From contig OZ252016.1 of assembly GCA_965247475.1 (NCBI GenBank), positions 654,143 through 718,142 on the forward strand: DNA of 64,000 nt, written 5' to 3'. This DNA comes from Chloroflexota bacterium (GTDB lineage: Bacteria > Chloroflexota > UBA11872). Of the stretch, positions 61,749 through 64,000 are shown one piece after another. The notes under the pieces are model-generated. The model was not told where the DNA came from, did no database searches, and saw only the letters and a list, made by a program, of their open reading frames with translations. The position numbers and the translations under genes were made by a program. Positions within the stretch are counted from its first letter, which is position 1. Each line of letters opens with the position of its first letter.

Positions 61749-62702
61749 CTAGGTGTACTGACCACAGAGGTGTGAGACACGGCTGACGGGCGGGAGGCCA
61801 TCCAGGGAGCCGTGGGGGCGCCGACGGTTATACCACCGCAGCCAGCCGATGAGGGCCCGCGTGCGGTGGGCGCTTGAGGGATAGGCGAAGGCATAGGCCC
61901 AACTCCGCAGCAGGATCTGGATGAAGCGTTCCGCCTTGCCGTTGGTGCGGGGCGTGTAGGGCCGGGTGCGCAGGTGCCGCAGGTCGTGCGCCGCGCAGTG
62001 CTGCCGCCAGGCGTGCGAGCGATAGGCCGGCCCGTTATCCGTCATCACCGCCTGCACCGCGATCCCGTGGGCGCGGAACCACGCCCGCGCCCGGTCCAGG
62101 AAGGCCAGGGCCTCACCCTGGCGGTCACTGGGCCGCACCTCGGCGTAGGCCAGCCGCGAGTGGTCGTCGACGGCCACGTGCACGTGCTGCCAGCCGGCGC
62201 GCGGGCTGCGCTGGATGCCGTCGCGGGTGATGCGCTTGCCGACGTGCCAGAAGCGCCCCAGCTTCTTGGTATCGAGGTGCAGCAGCTCCCCGGGGGAGGC
62301 GCGCTCGTAGCGCACGACGGGGGGGCGGGGGCCGCGCGGGCGGCGTGAGTGCCCCAACCGCCGCAGCACCTTGCCCACGGTCGAGGCGGGGCGCCCCAGC
62401 AGGGCGCCGAGCGTGACAGGCCCCGCGCCGCTGCGCGTGCGCGCGGCGAGGATCTCCGCCTCCGCGGCCGCGTCGAGACGCCGGGGCTGGTGCTTGGGGG
62501 TGGACCGGCGCTCCTGCAGCCCCACCCAGCCCGCCGTCGTGTAGCGCCGCCACCAGCGATAGCCGGTCGCGCGGCCCGCGCCAACCGCCTGGGCCGCGGC
62601 GCCCGGACTCATGCCGGCCACCATCGCGGCGACCGCGCGGCACCGCGCGGCACCGCGACTCGAACGAATAGCGCATCCGCTGCGGGCCTGGCGTGGCATC
62701 AT
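61749..62702 (-). CDS. IS481-family DDE transposase
   Basis: N-terminal HTH, then the integrase core HVHVAVDDHSRLAYAE...MTDNGPAYRS...RPYTPRTNGKAERF. Confidence 0.9.
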   Translation of the reverse strand: MMPRQARSGCAIRSSRGAARCRAVAAMVAGMSPGAAAQAVGAGRATGYRWWRRYTTAGWVGLQERRSTPKHQPRRLDAAAEAEILAARTRSGAGPVTLGALLGRPASTVGKVLRRLGHSRRPRGPRPPVVRYERASPGELLHLDTKKLGRFWHVGKRITRDGIQRSPRAGWQHVHVAVDDHSRLAYAEVRPSDRQGEALAFLDRARAWFRAHGIAVQAVMTDNGPAYRSHAWRQHCAAHDLRHLRTRPYTPRTNGKAERFIQILLRSWAYAFAYPSSAHRTRALIGWLRWYNRRRPHGSLDGLPPVSRVSHLCGQYT

Positions 62703-62806
62703 CCATCGGGGCCTCCTGCGAGACGTTGGCGTGTGGTAACCCCAAGTCTCGTTGGCGGTCCCGCTACTGTCAGGTGTCTCGCAGGTGTGTAGTCAGTACA
62801 GCTAGG
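61749..62806 (-). mobile_element. IS481-family insertion sequence (about 1.06 kb) with about 31-bp imperfect terminal inverted repeats (TAGGTGTACTGACCACAGAGGTGTGAGACAC / TAGCTGTACTGACTACACACCTGCGAGACAC) and a CTAGG flank at both ends
   Basis: TIRs at 61750-61780 and 62774-62804. CTAGG at 61749-61753 and 62802-62806. Single DDE transposase ORF inside. Confidence 0.85.
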
Positions 62807-63722
62807 CCTCGTCGCGCGGCTCCGCCGGACGCGCGCCCACGTCGGCCGGACCCACGACATAGCTCTCGCAGGCATGCCCGGCGTCGATGCAGGCGTCGGC
62901 CATCGCCCCGGCTACCGAGATCACACGCTCACGCGGCGCGAACCCGATGATCGTGGGACCCGAGCCGCTCAGCGCCGTTCCGAATGCGCCGGCCTTCATT
63001 GCCGCCGCGCTGCTCGGTCCGAGCGCCGGATTCAGTCCCGCGCGATACGGTTGGTGAAGGAAGTCCTGGGTCGCGATCTGCAGCGCCTCGTAGTCGCCGG
63101 CCTGAAGCGCGGCGAGCAGAAGCGCGACTCGGCCGACGTTCGCGACCGCGTCCCCGCGCGGAACGGTGGGCGGCAGCACCTGCCGCGCTCGGTAGGTGGG
63201 CACGCGGTAGTCGGGGACAACCAGCACGATGCTCAAGGCCTTGGGGAACGGCACCCGCACCGAACGAACGTCCCCATCGGTTTGCACCGTGACGACCAGC
63301 CCGCCCAGCAGCGAAGGCGCGACGTTGTCCGGGTGCCCTTCGATTTCAGCCGCGCGCCGGAGGAGCTCGGGCACCGGAACGTCCAGATCGAAGGCAAGGT
63401 TGGCCGCGACCAGTCCGCCGACGATCGCGCTCCCCGAACTGCCCAGGCCGCCCTGCGGCGGAATCATCCGGTACGCCCGCAGCTGGTAGTGACCGGCGTC
63501 GTCGGGCGCAATCGACCTGAACGCGCGAAAGGCCAGGTTTCGTCGGACGTCGCGCGGTACGTGCTCGGGGAACTTCCCGGCGGCCTCGATCTGGTCGAAC
63601 GTCGCCGGCTCGAATCGATAGACGTCTCGGAGTTCGATCGCCAGCCCCAGCGAGTCGAACCCGGGACCGAGATTCGCTGACGACGCAGGAACCGCGACGG
63701 CCGCGCTGCGGGCGGCGGTCAC
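62802..63722 (-). CDS. thrB: homoserine kinase
   Basis: GHMP kinase motif VPASSANLGPGFDSLGLA. Probable GTG start at 63720-63722 overlapping the upstream stop. The stop TAG at 62802-62804 lies within the CTAGG at the IS boundary. Confidence 0.85.
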   Translation of the reverse strand: MTAARSAAVAVPASSANLGPGFDSLGLAIELRDVYRFEPATFDQIEAAGKFPEHVPRDVRRNLAFRAFRSIAPDDAGHYQLRAYRMIPPQGGLGSSGSAIVGGLVAANLAFDLDVPVPELLRRAAEIEGHPDNVAPSLLGGLVVTVQTDGDVRSVRVPFPKALSIVLVVPDYRVPTYRARQVLPPTVPRGDAVANVGRVALLLAALQAGDYEALQIATQDFLHQPYRAGLNPALGPSSAAAMKAGAFGTALSGSGPTIIGFAPRERVISVAGAMADACIDAGHACESYVVGPADVGARPAEPRDEA

Positions 63723-64000
63723 CGATAGACCGAGCCGCGCGTGCGCAGGGTGGCCGGCATCGTTCCCGTCACCCACTGCAGTGCTCGTTGCCGGTAGGGC
63801 GCGATCGTCCGGTGCGCCCCGATGCTCAGCAGCACCCCCAGCGACATGATCGTGACGACCAGTGAGTTCCGGCCAAAGCTCAGCAGCGGCAGCGTAAGGC
63901 CCGTAACGGGCATGAGCCCCACGTTCATGCCGATGTTGATGAACGATTGAATGAACAGCATCGCCGCAATGCCAACCGCGATGTAGCGGCCGAAGTCGTC
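63719..64000 (-). CDS. SEDS-family peptidoglycan glycosyltransferase (RodA/FtsW-like), C-terminal fragment; gene continues beyond the window
   Basis: The C-terminus ...FINIGMNVGLMPVTGLTLPLLSFG matches the conserved SEDS C-terminal motif. Confidence 0.7.
   Translation of the reverse strand, partial: DDFGRYIAVGIAAMLFIQSFINIGMNVGLMPVTGLTLPLLSFGRNSLVVTIMSLGVLLSIGAHRTIAPYRQRALQWVTGTMPATLRTRGSVYR

Noticed and set aside
62045-62745. Multiple overlapping ORFs inside the IS
   Set aside because: Alternate frames of the single IS481 transposase gene; only the DDE-containing frame has family motifs.

Overview
This is a 64-kb window of very high-GC (about 70%) bacterial chromosome. It is densely coding, and many adjacent genes are translationally coupled through 4-bp ATGA/GTGA overlaps. 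Most of the content is core metabolism and information processing. The genes I can support, in order: eno-larB-larC (enolase coupled to two nickel-pincer cofactor genes); a Lon-like protein with degenerate active sites; a rhodanese next to a MoeB/ThiF-family E1-like enzyme; a polytopic sensor histidine kinase with a NarL-type regulator; an LCP-family protein, a SAM methyltransferase, a CinA-like protein, a Memo-like protein and a RhaD-like aldolase/dehydrogenase fusion; the nusA-ylxR-infB-rbfA-truB-ribF operon; proB-proA; folP followed by a second pterin-binding methyltransferase; GT4-mraY-murF; tsaE-tsaB-rimI-tsaD; an 11-gene purine cluster on one strand (guaA-purD-purB-purC-purS-purQ-purL-purF-purM-purN-purH); an IS481-family insertion sequence; and thrB plus a truncated SEDS (rodA/ftsW-like) gene at the window edge. 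I found no tRNA, rRNA or CRISPR array. The non-routine signals are a doubly inactivated Lon-like pseudoenzyme, a dispersed palindromic repeat family with core GGGAGTGAT at two loci, the IS481 element inserted at a CTAG site exactly at the thrB stop and upstream of the pur cluster, and three genes whose conserved N-terminal coding sequence extends upstream of the first canonical start codon (ylxR, a methyltransferase and purM). I do not see a clear novel multi-gene defence or secondary-metabolite system; the strongest candidate for new biology is the dead Lon-like protein and its placement upstream of eno-larB-larC.
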